Assembly: GCF_001194135.2 (NCBI RefSeq)
Contig: NC_068985.1
Span: 49,697,486 to 49,749,144, forward strand
DNA from: Octopus bimaculoides
Taxonomy: Eukaryota
Reading direction: 5' to 3'
DNA: 51,659 nt
Part shown: piece after piece, positions 1 to 11,560 of the stretch
Position numbering within the stretch: position 1 is the stretch's first letter
How the letters are laid out: every line of letters begins with the position of its first letter
Notes under the pieces: generated by a model
The model's input: the letters and a program-made list of their open reading frames with translations, nothing else
The model's database searches: none
Told to the model about the DNA's origin: nothing
Position numbers and translations under genes: made by a program

Positions 1-411
1 AGATGGGACCGAAACCAGCCGCTATGAGGACGGCTTCCAAGTAGTGATGGTCTACCCTATCGAAAGCTTTTGATTGATCCAAATTTATCAGCGCCCCACC
101 CATGCCAGGTTCCTTAACTACCCTGTCCATGATGTAGCGGATCAGATGGAGGTTGTCATGGATACTCCTATCCGGCACGGCGCACGTCTGCGCCCTGTCA
201 ACTAATTTCTCGATGACAAGCGCCAACCTCTCGGCTAACACTTTGGCCAAAATTTTCAAATCTGCGTTGAGCAGGGTGATGGGCCGAAAATTATCTATGA
301 CGTTCCCCTTGTTTGGGTCTTTCTTTAGTAGTGCCACTGCTCCTCGCTTTACAAAGACAGGGATGCTCCCATCTTGCTGCCAGTTGCAGTAGACAGCTGC
401 CAAGACGCCTC
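1..411 (-). mobile_element. Tx1/L1-clade non-LTR retrotransposon, reverse transcriptase fragment (runs off the window edge)
   Basis: Stop-free minus frame: GVLAAVYCNWQQDGSIPVFVKRGAVALLKKDPNKGNVIDNFRPITLLNADLKILAKVLAERL...IHDNLHLIRYIMD...GGALINLDQSKAFDRVDHHYL. RPITLLNxDxKI and LDxxKAFDRV are canonical LINE RT motifs. Confidence 0.93.

Positions 412-443
<32 letters not shown>
412..443. repeat. (AGAT)n microsatellite at the 5' break of the Tx1 fragment
   Basis: Eight AGAT units read directly. Confidence 0.95.
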
Positions 444-444
<1 letters not shown>

Positions 445-915
445 TGTCACACATTCACACATAGTATATATCAAACACAACAAATACATATACATATATA
501 TCACACACACATATACTTACAGACAGAAATAAAAAAAGGAGTAATCATTTTAGGTCTAACTTTATAATCCTTCTTCCCTTCCATTTGTTTTCTTCATTTC
601 TTTGTTATATCTTTGCTACTTACATATCTTCTACCATTCTCCTATCACCATTCTAAGACACCTGTGGAGATTTCCTTTCACTCGATTTTCCAGTTACATT
701 TGGTATTCTATTCTCACTTTTTTTTTTCCTGTTTGATCAAGATATAAATTGGAAATTCATATTCATCTGAAATTGCCTCAAACTAAATGCATGTTCAAGA
801 AATATAAAACTTCTCACAGAGTAGACAAATATGTGTGTTTTGCAGTATAATATAAATGGAATTTTTATTCAAAGTTGATTTTTATTTCCTCACAAGGGTT
901 CGAAAAATAAAATAC

Positions 916-968
916 CTGATCAACTTTGAATTATGTATAAAGAAAATGCTGCAGTTAATTAACTCAAC
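916..968 (-). CDS. Candidate 53-nt internal exon (VELINCSIFFIHNSKLI), unknown gene
   Basis: Minus strand ...aaattctctAG|GTTGAG...GATCAG|GTattt. Only the phase-0 frame is open. No homology recognised. Confidence 0.33.
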
Positions 969-2028
969 CTAGAGAATTTATAAATAGTATACAGTGTGGA
1001 GTTAAGCTAAATTGCAAATTGTATAACCTTGTTTGATAAAGGTCCCTATCAAATTACATTTAAGTTCATTTTCATGTGCATTGAAAGTTGTTTTAGATAA
1101 CAATCAAATCAGTTTATGATAATGAAAATGACTAATTCTAGCAGAGGTTCTAGTTCAATGTTCATTAATTATTTATTAAGACTGATCGATCTGCTTTGAT
1201 CTAAAATACCTTTTAGTTCATTTTTATACTTTTGAACTGCTAATTAGGTTAACCATTACAATTTGTTACCATTACAATCAAATAAATCCATAAATTGTAT
1301 GCTTAGAAAACAGAATTCCATATGGTTCTTCATTATTTATAATGTGTCTGCCTGTGGGTCAATCATCTCTTTCTCTTCTTCTGTCTTTCCCTTTATCTAT
1401 CTTCCTAACAGTATCAAAAAGCAGTTAGCAGCTAGGATACTTTCACTATCTCTGTATTTCACTGAGACATTGATAGGTTGTTTAGTTAACTGAAAATTAA
1501 GTAATAAAACAGAAGTTTCACATCATCATGGCAGTAATAACTTTTCTAAAGTTCATTTAATTATAAAATTTCTTTCGACAAACTTTCTTCAGAAGAAGAG
1601 TGGAAGAATTTTTCACAATATCTTCAGACAGAATTTATGTCTAAAGATGAAAGAAACCAAAAGTATAACACAATTTCTGATAAGCTTTCGAGTATTTTGA
1701 TAATGCAGAAAACAGATTTTTCATAATGGTTAGAAATATTTCAGAATTAAAAGTTTTGAGAATTTGATCAAAATTAAGAACAGTATCATGGACAAATTTT
1801 CACTCTTGTAATTCTAAACTTTTGAGATTTCTTGATAATTATTGCCAAAGTGAACACCAAACTTGGTTTTCATATTCTGTTATAATAGAAATCAATTTCT
1901 GTATTTTCCTTGAACAGGTTTCAGTCATTGCACTGCAGCCATGCTGGAGTTCCACCTTCAAGAATTTTAGACAAACATTTCAAACTAACACATACAATTT
2001 AAAATCCAGAACCATATAACTAAAGCAG

Positions 2029-2030
<2 letters not shown>

Positions 2031-2060
<30 letters not shown>
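2031..2060. repeat. (TA)n microsatellite
   Basis: Read directly. Confidence 0.95.
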
Positions 2061-2061
<1 letters not shown>

Positions 2062-2317
2062 CATGTATGTATCCTCTTCCAGCTGTCTCTCATAAAAATT
2101 AAAGATGTATATTAAAATAAAATTATTTATTTGCATCAACTTATACATCTTAGGCAAGCATTGGATACACGATATCCATGTAAGAACTGTCAACATATCG
2201 AATCCAGCATTTATTTCAGTCTGTCACTTATTTTATTGATCTTTATTTATCAAATTTTGTCCACCTGACAAAAGATTGGAACTTGGCACACTGTTTTAGG
2301 CTGGTACATACACACAC

Positions 2318-2450
2318 ACAACAGGCTTTGCAAAATTTCCATCTACAAAATTTCACTCATTCATCCATGTGGTATTAGTCAACTAGAGGCTTAAGTAGTA
2401 GACACTTACCCAAGTTCCTGTGCTGCGGAATCTAACCTAGAGTCATATGC
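2318..2450 (-). mobile_element. SINE family B 5' fragment, decayed
   Basis: Reverse complement resembles the head of the copies at 35077 and 6262 (aatttccatctacaaaatttcactca...agtagacacttacccaag). Confidence 0.55.
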
Positions 2451-3049
2451 CCATACTTAATGTATTGTAAATTGCAACATTTGACTATATCCATGCACAC
2501 ACTCATGAAGTTTTCAGTCTAATTTTAAACGTTGTTCAACAGATTTCATAGTATGACTAGTTATTTGAAACTTCAGTAAAATTTATTAACACACTATAAC
2601 TTCTGTTTCTAGCCTGCTCATTACTAAGAACAACCTATAAGGCTATAGATAATATTCTGTCTTCTAATTATTGTTATTTTGAAATAACAAAAACATTCTT
2701 TGTAGTTGAAAATCTATAAAATTCTTTGCTATTCCCATGTGAACTAACCACTGGGCATTTAATATTCTTTTAACAGAAGCACTACTTTTAAGTAATTCTA
2801 AAGAAAAGAAAACTCTCAGATATAGAGAATGAAAATATCTAGAGATTGAACAGAGTGAAACTACAACTGCTTTTGATTACATTCAATATTACATCTTCTA
2901 ACTACATTGAATGTATGCATAAAACATCAAATACATACTGAAAATTGTCTTTTTAATCTTTATTTCCAAACCATTGTTTGGAATTCATTGATATTCATGT
3001 TGCAAGTATCATCATGTATTTGTTCACAACTAATCATTACATCAATAGC

Positions 3050-3250
3050 AATGATGAGCCAACAAGGGGAATCTCTCAGTAGTCACTCAACCTGATAGAA
3101 ATGGCAACTAAGTATTTCTTAAATCACACCCAGGTATCTTAAATGAGGTAATAACATATTGATTCATTTATGTAATCCTAGAAACACCTTCAAAAAGATG
3201 AGATATTCAAGGCTGGAAGGTCTGATCAAGGTTGGTCTGGGGTTAACAGG
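3050..3250 (+). repeat. Interspersed family E (unclassified, about 200 bp)
   Basis: Shares gaaatrgcarc-aaat-aaatcacacc...gtctt...ggctggaa...gatca...ggggttaac with copies near 22190 (-), 42290 (+) and 45170 (+). Confidence 0.55.
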
Positions 3251-3395
3251 AACAATATCAATAGCGTTTTCTTTTAGTAAATCAGGCAAAAATTGAACAT
3301 GTTATTCATCATCAGAAACTCCACAAACTTAAGTAGTGGTTGAGAAATCAGAACATAACATAGAATTAGTTTAATCTGGTTCAAATTAGATACAC

Positions 3396-3476
3396 CTGAG
3401 GTGGCTCTAGTGAAGCAGAATAATAATTGTACTTCCTGACCAAACACATAATGTGATTCATGATGCTATTTCTAAT
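3396..3476 (-). CDS. Candidate 81-nt phase 0/0 exon (IRNSIMNHIMCLVRKYNYYSASLEPPQ), unknown gene
   Basis: Strong acceptor tttttttttcgtttaatcAG|, donor CAG|GTgtat (moderate). The other two frames are closed by stops. Confidence 0.42.
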
Positions 3477-3867
3477 CTGATTAAACGAAAAAAAAAAATT
3501 CCATTTGTTATTTTAACAAAATGAGGGGTGCACTCCCTTTATTTCTTTATTTACATTTATTTTATCGAATATTTTTAGTGCATAATTTCAAATATAAGAC
3601 TTCAAAATACAACTTTTTTTTTTGTTATTGACTGATTGCAGTCATTTAAACACACATTTGGACAATGTATATATTATGAATTTGTCCTCAGATTCATTTA
3701 AAATATGAAATGTTCATTGTACCTCTAGCATACAAACAACTCCAATACTTGATGGGTATTTCATTTTATCAACTCAAAAAAATGAAAGACAAAGCTGATT
3801 TTGGTGAAATTTGAACAAATCTGAGTATGTATCGAAATATACTGAATCTCAAAAGAAATGTCACACA

Positions 3868-4343
3868 CATACTAAAGAGACACCGGTTATTTAACAGACA
3901 GCCAAAGCATTGATTGAAGAGTGCTAATTAAGAAACCATTCTTTCCTAATGATAAAATGTCATTTCTTGAAACATGTTTGACATCGGATGGTGTCATATG
4001 ATGACGGAATGTCCTGGATCCAAAGAGATGAACTCAATATCTCATGTGACCACGATTAGCATTGATTACCACCAGGCGTCTTCTATACATTGAGTGCACT
4101 AAACGATTTATGAAGGCCATGGGGACAGCAGCCCACACTCTTAAAAGTTGCAGTGAGTTGTGCTGCAGTTGTCAGCCTTGGACAGATGTCATTTAGGCTT
4201 CTTTGGATTTCATCCTACAGGTGCTCTATGGGGTTCAAGTCCAGACTTAGTGCAGGCCTTGGCAGTGTCTGGATGTTGTGCTGTTGGAGGAAGTCTGTTG
4301 TCAACCTAGCAGTATGGGCACGGGCGTTGTCGTGTTGGAACAC
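3868..4343 (-). mobile_element. Tc1-family transposase 3' remnant plus right end
   Basis: Minus translation VFQHDNARAHTARLTTDFLQQHNIQTLPRPALSLDLNPIEHL*DEIQ...(frameshift)WAAVPMAFINRLVHSMYRRRLVVINANRGHMRY*. Matches the Tc1 QxDNAxxH and SPDLNPIEHLW motifs; stop at 4034-4036. Confidence 0.88.
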
Positions 4344-4364
4344 AAGTTGTCAAGTAGTGGTGGT

Positions 4365-4455
4365 GGTGGTGGTGGTGGTGGGGACAAACACAAAGACACA
4401 CATACACACACATGATAGGCTTCTCTTAGTTTCTGTCTACCAAATCCATCTACAA
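4365..4455 (-). mobile_element. SINE family B central fragment with (GGT)n
   Basis: ggggacaaacac...ggcttct.tagtttctgtctaccaaatcca matches the same segment of the 6262-6636 copy. Confidence 0.6.
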
Positions 4456-5869
4456 GTTCACATTATTTTCATAAATTGATTTTTTGCATTATAAACGCAA
4501 TGCTACTGAAACCAATTACTTATAGAATATGCTATATTTGCTATTCTGAAAATCTATCACAGCTGGTAATATGTGTATCAGAGAATTTCAATAGTGTTGT
4601 TGTTTAGCCAAAGGTTGTTTAAATGCGTGATCGCACACACATACACATTTCATTTCTCTTCAGTCATTTTATAATACAGAAAGGAATTAACAACCTGATG
4701 TCCTTATATATTATCGATACTTTATTATTGATCTCCCATAAAATTAAGTGCAAACAAGGAAAAGATTGAAATAAATACAATAAATCATTTATTTTAACTT
4801 TGTACTATCGACTTTGCTTTCACTAATCTTACAAAGGAATTGATTCTCCAGCTTTGTTAAACATCAAATGATGTGTGTACACCTTTAGGTGTTCGTTTTT
4901 GCCGGCACACATGTGTATGCATGCGTGCCTTTGTGTTAACTTTAGTCATCAATACATTTGGATATAGCTGAATGATATAAAATGTCTCTTTGATACATAA
5001 AATTGCTCTCGCCACAGACAGTGGTTTATATCAGCCACCACCGTCTAGTTCATATTTAAATACTCGGTGATATAAATTCAATACTAAATATGACATTCAA
5101 TTAATTTTGTTTAGTTGTTATTGTTTAACTACAGGTCAACTCTGGTCAAACATATTCATGATCAAAGACGGCATAACCTACAAAAGTGTGGCTATCCAAC
5201 CCCCAGGACAAAACCCCCTAAAAAAAAGAACAAAAATAAATAAAAACCTCTGAGGACAAATCCTCCCCCAGGACTAAAAAATAAGTAATTTTTAAATCAA
5301 TTTTTATTCTTACTACTTGTAGTTTATGAATACTTCTCTGAGATGTAAAATATTGCATTAATTACGTAATAACCCCAATCTCAAAAATGAGCATAATGAA
5401 AAGAACATCATACCATATCTTAGAAAAATTAAAACAAACACAACATTGAAAAATCTCATTAAGTATTGAGGTTCATTTAAAGTTCATTTTACTACAAGCT
5501 GTCGCTGTGCCCGATACCATTCAGAAACTCCTCCCATGATTTTGCTTTCATTCACATATGGGGGTGTTGTCTTTCAGAAAATGGAAATCTGTTAATGAAT
5601 TTTTTTGTAAATGGGGTAAATTCTGATTACATAGGAATTTCATGTGAAAAATTTTTCAGCGGCAGCGACAGTGGTGGTGGATGGTGGGTTAGGATAATTC
5701 ATGAGTTGGCTATGTGTCTTCATAATTTTCAGAAAAATGAGTATTTTAAAGAAATTTTCTATAAATACTTTTCAAATGATGTAGATTACAATTATATCAG
5801 GATTAAAAATAAATAAAATTAATAAAAATTGGTGCATTTACATACAAACTGGGTAAAGAGTAAAGAACC

Positions 5870-6197
5870 CCCTTAAACATGAATGACCATGGGATTACAC
5901 CTAGAAAGTTACCCTCCAATGCACAAGTCCAGGTAAGGTTGTTTATAGAAGACCAGTAGTCACCCATGCATACCAGTTTCCCTTATCCACACTGCTGATG
6001 CTATCCAAGGGCAAGGCAATGCCCTATACAGCTTGGTGCCAGTGATGTCACAATGCATTTCAACAGCCGACTGAAATGGAACAATGTGAAATATAGTGTC
6101 ATGCTGAAGAACACAACACACAGCTCAGTCCAGGAATCAAACTCACTACCTCATGATTGTAACCCCAATGCTCTAACCACTGAGCCATGTGCCTTCA
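5870..6197 (-). mobile_element. tRNA-headed SINE family C
   Basis: Minus strand begins gtgaaggcacaTGGCTCAGTGGttagagc...GAGTTTGATTCC (A and B boxes), then tgttgtgttcttcagcatgacact, a variant of the core in the 46210 copy. Confidence 0.72.
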
Positions 6198-6261
6198 CTA
6201 CATACATACTGACACACATCACATATATCTCTTCCAGCTAAAAAGTATTTATCCTTTTATT

Positions 6262-6432
6262 ATTTTACTTGTTTCAGTCATTTGATTGCAGCCACCAAGA
6301 CTTCTTTGTAAGCCTGGTATTTATTCTATTGGTCTCTTTTGTTGAACTGCTAAATTACGGGGATGTAAACACACCAGCATTGGTTGTTAAGTGATGGTGG
6401 GGGGACAAACACTGACACACACAAATATATAC

Positions 6433-6476
<44 letters not shown>

Positions 6477-6636
6477 GACGGGCTTTTCTCAGTTTCTCTC
6501 TACCAAACCCACTCACAAGGCCGAGGCTATAGTAGAAGACACTTGCCCGAGGTGCCACACAGTGGCACTGAACCCAGAACCATGTGGTTCGAAAGCAAGC
6601 TTCTTATCTGCGGCTATCACAGCTATTCCTGCACCT
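6262..6636 (-). mobile_element. tRNA-headed SINE family B, near full length, internal (TA)n
   Basis: Collinear with copies at 7530, 25440, 35077 and 46762: head ...ggttctgggttcagtgccactg, core ggcaagtgtcttctactatagcc, tail actgaaacaagtaaa. Confidence 0.9.
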
Positions 6637-6990
6637 ATTTGTAGAAAATCTCATTAACAGTATCCATTTTTCTGAAAGTTATGAAGAAAAAAAATCAAGG
6701 CAGGAGAAGCACACTCATGTAATTATGCCATCAAAGGCATTCCACCCATAAATATCAAGCCTTTGTTTAAGGGCTATGCATCTAATGGTCATTTTCCTTA
6801 ATACAGTAGAGTGTAATTTAAATATTTGGCTGCTATTTCTCCCAGCTAGTGAAGTGATCACAGAAGCTTCCTGTCATTTCTGTAGGAAATGAAAAAAATT
6901 TAATAATCATACATTAAAACTAACTACAATTTGCAATTTAATAAACTAATAAACTTGTTCAGTTCTATATTTAAGAGATGAAGAATTATG

Positions 6991-7272
6991 TACATTATTT
7001 ACATTTGACAGATATTTGTCCTCATCTTGTTTGTGGTCAGGTGTCTTGGGGAAATTTCGAACCTGGGTTCTCATTCCTAAGGTATTTTTCGATGTTGTTG
7101 TTGTTGTTGTTGCTATTATTATTAATATTCAGGTCACTGCCTGGAATCGAACTCGGAATCTTGGGGTTAGTAGCCCATGCTCTTAACCACGGGCATATGG
7201 CGTAGTGGTTAACAACATTGTGTTAACAACAAACAAGATGAGGACAAATATCAATCAAATTTAAATAATGTA
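6991..7272. mobile_element. Foldback element: 44-bp TIRs (3 mismatches) enclosing inverted tRNA-like heads
   Basis: 6991-7034 is the reverse complement of 7229-7272 (41/44). B box on the minus strand at 7143-7154; A box TGGCGTAGTGG on the plus strand at 7198-7208. Confidence 0.82.
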
Positions 7273-7529
7273 AATAATGAATAAACTTGTTAACTCCTGG
7301 TCATCTATTATCTAGTAAACCTACGGTCGAAGTTCAGTCAGGATTTTCCAGTCAATTGGTTAACCCAGTCTTCAGAAACTTATTCAGTTTAAGCAGTGAT
7401 TTTTTTTAACCCCCATCCTCTAATATTTTTGTTCTTTATTTTATATATAATATATTTAACCGTTTGGGATTTGTAGGTTTTAAACACAAAAGATTTAGAA
7501 TAGGTAAACATGCCCATAAAGTTAAGAAG

Positions 7530-7925
7530 TTTAGCAACCATATGGTTTCAGGTTCAGTCCCACTGCGTGGTACTTTGGGTGTCTTCTACTACAGCCCCAG
7601 TTTGACCAATGACTTGTAAGTGAACTTGGTAGACGGAAACTGTGCGGAAGACCGTGGTATATTTGCGCGCGCGCACGTGTGTGCGTGCGTGTGAGTGTAC
7701 CCTGTCGCTTGATAATCGGTGTTGTTTTGCTGACTTTTAATATAGCGGTTCGACAAAAAGATTCCGATAGAATAAGTATCAGGCTTAAGGTACTGGTACT
7801 TATTCTGTTGGTCTCTCTTGCCAAAACCACTTTAAACGATAAGTACAGGGATCGATTTGTTCATCTAAGCTCAAGACAGTGGTCCAGTATGGCCGCAGTC
7901 CAGCGACTGAAACAAGTAAAATATA
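7530..7925 (+). mobile_element. SINE family B copy with an internal inverted duplication
   Basis: ggttcagtcccactgcgtgg head, ggtagacggaaactg core, actgaaacaagtaaa tail. Confidence 0.85.
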
Positions 7926-8127
7926 AAAGTCATATACGAAACAAGTGAGCGTTCAGACATTTATAGTTTGTTTTTTTTTTCTTTAGGTTTTTGTGTGCGC
8001 GTTTATAAATATAAAAAATTACTATTTGAAATTACATTTTCCTTTGTAATAAAAAAACAGCAGCAATCTAAATTTGTAGAAAGTGTAACGCTACAATACT
8101 AATTGCTTTCATTAATAAATGCACATT

Positions 8128-8327
8128 AAGGCAGCGAGCTGGCAGAAGCGTTAGAGTGCTGGGCAACATACTAAACAGCATTTCGTCCGTCTTTACGTTC
8201 TGGGTTCAAATTCTGCCGATCTCGATTTTGCCTTTCGTCGTTTCGAGATCGCTAAAATAAGTACGATGTAATCGACTTGCTCCCTGCCACGAAACCGCTG
8301 GCTTTATGCTAAAATTTCAAACCATTA
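8128..8327 (+). mobile_element. tRNA-headed SINE family A
   Basis: aaggcagcgagcTGGCAGAAGCGttag...GGGTTCAAATTC...aaaataagtac...gatgtaatcgactt; about 15 copies or fragments in the window. Confidence 0.9.
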
Positions 8328-8760
8328 ATAAAGGCACGTACTTTCATTGAAAACCTAATATAACATTTTACAAGATATTTCATGCTGTTTTTGAGATTAC
8401 TTATTTTAATTATATGTACTTTCTATAGTGTTCCAGTTTTTTTTTTTCTTCCTTTCTTTCTCTCTTTCCGTAAACGCTGAATCACTGATATTCCATAAGG
8501 AAAATCGTTAAAAAAATTAAGAAGAAAAGATGTGTGACAAGATTTAAGCGCTGCTTCGTCGGCTCGAAGTGACACTGTGTTAAGGGAGGTAACTCATTGT
8601 AAATTATGTTCATTCATTCATTGAACTTATTCTCTGATAACGGTTCTCAACCGTTCTTTTTTGTCTTTGATTCCTATTTTACTCGGGTGGATCCTAATAG
8701 ACATTCGATGTTTTAAAAAATCCTATTCTATTTTTTAAAGTTAAATATCATTAAGAACTG

Positions 8761-8817
8761 NNNNNNNNNNNNNNNNNNNNNNNNNNNNNNNNNNNNNNNN
8801 NNNNNNNNNNNNNNNNN
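8761..8817. other. Assembly gap
   Basis: N run. Confidence 1.
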
Positions 8818-10129
8818 TTTTGCAACTCTACATGTTAACTCTACTAAAACACACACTCAAAGGGGCCCAGTAAACAGTTATGCCCGATGACCCTTAATAC
8901 TCTCAGTCCGCCCCTGATTCCGGGTTAGTTGCAGATTTTTTTCCCAAAATTGGGGTTAAGCTTTAAATGACCGAAAATGCGGTATATATTATTTCATAAA
9001 CGAAAAAACACGTCTTTCTAACTATCTTGAGACAAATTGATTTATTATAGCCTTTCGTTGTACGAATTATTCCCCTGATGATTTATATATATATATTCTA
9101 TACATACAATGTACTTTTTACACAAAATAGGGGCAAAATTTAATAAAGTTTTCTTTGTTAACTATAACAGTTCACAAAAAATGGAGGACGGTACAAAGTG
9201 GCAAAATGTAAAGTTACATAAAAGCGTGTAAACAGTAAAATAAATTAAAGATAGAAACAAAAGCTTTAAACAAGAAATAATTTCCCAAAAGGAAAGAAGA
9301 GACTCCACAAAACAACGGTCACCCTGACCACTAAGACGACTGCCCTCTAGCTTCTTCCCTCAATCTGTAGAAAGGTAATAGGGGGACAAAAGGAACGATC
9401 GCTCCTTGCGAGCATATTTTTTCAAAATTGGCGCCTTTTCAACATTAAAAAAAAATTCTTGAGTTCACTTGTGCGATAAAAATCGGATTTGTTTTTGTTT
9501 TTTTTTTGTATAAATCACATAGCCGTGGAAAAGCTTTCTAGAGTCATTAGTTTATTTGACCCCGTGTTTTTGAACTGTCTCCTTAATCTCCTGTGATGTG
9601 TTGGTGGTTGCTGACATCTGAAGAACTAAAACAAACCCTAACATCATTATCTCTTGACGCTGGACGATCTTCTTTATGTCTCATCCATATCAGTAGTGGT
9701 AAGTTTCATACATAATGACATCGTTACTGAAACATGAAATTAATGTAGAATACAATTATTTCGCGTAATATAAGAGAAATGAATTTAAAATAGTTTTGTA
9801 TGTGTCACGACGCCTTTTTTCATGTGCTCGCTCCCCCTAACTTTAGAACCTGGCTATGCTACTGTCCTCAGTCTACAGGAGCATCCACGTTCACTGGACC
9901 ATCCACGCCTTTCAGCCTTATCCACAATACAACCTTTTTTCCCCAAAGTCACCAGACAAAGACTGCCTGTCCCAATCTGCCAAAATAAGGTGGTGAGACG
10001 ATCTTTACAGTGGACTCAGCTGATAGTCGAATTTGTCTTACATACAACAGTAAGTGTTCAACATACCACCACAAGTCAGCAATACTTGAGTGCTAGACAA
10101 ATGTAGATAAAACAGTTTCGTTGCTCTGC

Positions 10130-11560
10130 ACGCATCTCAGGCAGGCCTGGCTGAAGGCCCTTCTATGCCTGTAGAGTTTATCCTAACTAGCAATCCCCAT
10201 CCCCAGTAGTACTGCCATGCTAGTGGGTTCGGGAAGTTATCCCTGAGCCCTGGCCAGAAAGTCCTCCAGAACAGACCAACCAGTTAATTTTCGCCGGCGC
10301 CCAGGGTCTCCCCGAGAACATCGTTCTTGCTCTCTGCTAACTCTTTATAGAATGCCAAGGTCCAACTTCCATCGACAGCATTTTGCCTGACTAGTATAAA
10401 GCTGTGAACGCCTAACAACACTCTAGGTGCTAGACTGCAGATAAGCGAGTTTAACAAACGGTAACCACACCCGTCCACCCTCAAGTAAACGCCGGAGATG
10501 TTGCAGTCTCAGTGTGTGACTGCGTATCATCAGCCACAACATGCAGGTGTTGACAACCAGCGAAATGTACCCCTTCCACAGAAAGTGGAAGAGTATGCGC
10601 TTCAGCTTGTTCAGAAGTGAACTGGAGCAAGGGAGAACAGTCAGATGATAATATATGACAGAATTCCGCCAAGGTCGACTTTGCCTTTCATCCTTTCAGG
10701 GTCGATTAAATAAGTACCAGTTACGCACTGGGATCGATGTCTGTCCTTGTGCGTCCCCTCTATGTTTAGCCGCCTGTGGGCAATAAAGAAATCAATATAT
10801 GACAGAAGAGATGTAAGCGTTTGCTACTTCTACCCAACCTTTCAGGGATAGCTTTCTCTCAGTACATTTCTGGGTGATAACGGTCATTCTGCTTGTCACC
10901 TTGTCGCCATCCTTCTCCTCGTGAAGATCTAGACCAAACCAGACGCCGAGTAATTTAACCGGTCCGTTTGTCCAGTGCCCCACGACACTATTGGATGGCA
11001 TGCACCTGCTTCTCCAAGTGCCGAGCTGCAGGCTCACTGACTTAGTTGATTTTTGCTCCTGTCACCACCCTGTAGGGGTGGTTACAGGGGTTCGAAACAT
11101 CTTGATGTGCTTGGTGACCGATACTGTGACGGTGACGCCGTCAGTGTATACCGACACGAACCTTCTGCATCGTATTTCTGCAGTATTCGTTCAAGTGTCA
11201 GTACATACAAAAGAGACGACAGAGAGCATTCTTGATGAACAGAGTGCATTATGCTGAATGGTCTCGATAGGTAGCCATTTACTTTAACCACCGAGCAAAT
11301 GTGGTTGTATATTGCAGCAGTCTAACCGCGGAATACGGGGCCGAAACTGAATGCCGTGAGGAGAACTGGAAAATATTAATAGTCGACACTATCGAAAGCT
11401 TTCGATTGATCCAAATTGATCAGGAAAGCATGTCAGATTCCTTACCCACTCTATATAACATATCGCGTGAGGCAGAAGTTGTCGCAGATAGACCTGATTG
11501 ACAATGAATTGAAATTTTGAAATCTGCATTTAATGGAGTTATGGCGCGAAGATTACCAAT
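10130..11560 (-). mobile_element. Decayed Tx1/L1 ORF2 (RT to C-terminal region), interrupted by a SINE A fragment
   Basis: Minus frames show LDQSKAFD (about 11400), VKVNGYLSRPFSIMHSVHQECSLSSLLYVL (degenerate QGxPLSP), VKLLGVWFG...RKLSLKGWVEVAN, KLKRILFHFLWKG and AWQ...DKLYRH, with many stops and frameshifts. Confidence 0.86.
10655..10745 (+). mobile_element. SINE A central fragment nested in Tx1
   Basis: gaattccgccaaggtcgactttgcctttcatcctttcagggtcgattaaataagtaccag matches the SINE A body. Confidence 0.85.

Noticed and set aside
1550-1726. 58-codon plus-strand open frame (SEEEWKNFSQYLQTEFMSKDERNQKY...)
   Set aside because: Protein-like, but it has no convincing donor, no recognised motif, and is on the opposite strand to the neighbouring exon candidates.
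5202-5870. Repeated ggacaaaaccccc motifs suggesting a MULE-like element
   Set aside because: Only two or three motif copies, with no TIR pair, TSD or convincing transposase motif.
6355-6657. ORFs with YIYI, ERER, HTHT, VCVC or LSLS runs (also at 26379, 27358, 28261, 36587, 47803 and 49921)
   Set aside because: Translations of dinucleotide microsatellites and SINEs, not genes.
5870-8327. tRNA genes
   Set aside because: A/B boxes belong to SINE heads; I could not fold a complete cloverleaf with an acceptor stem.
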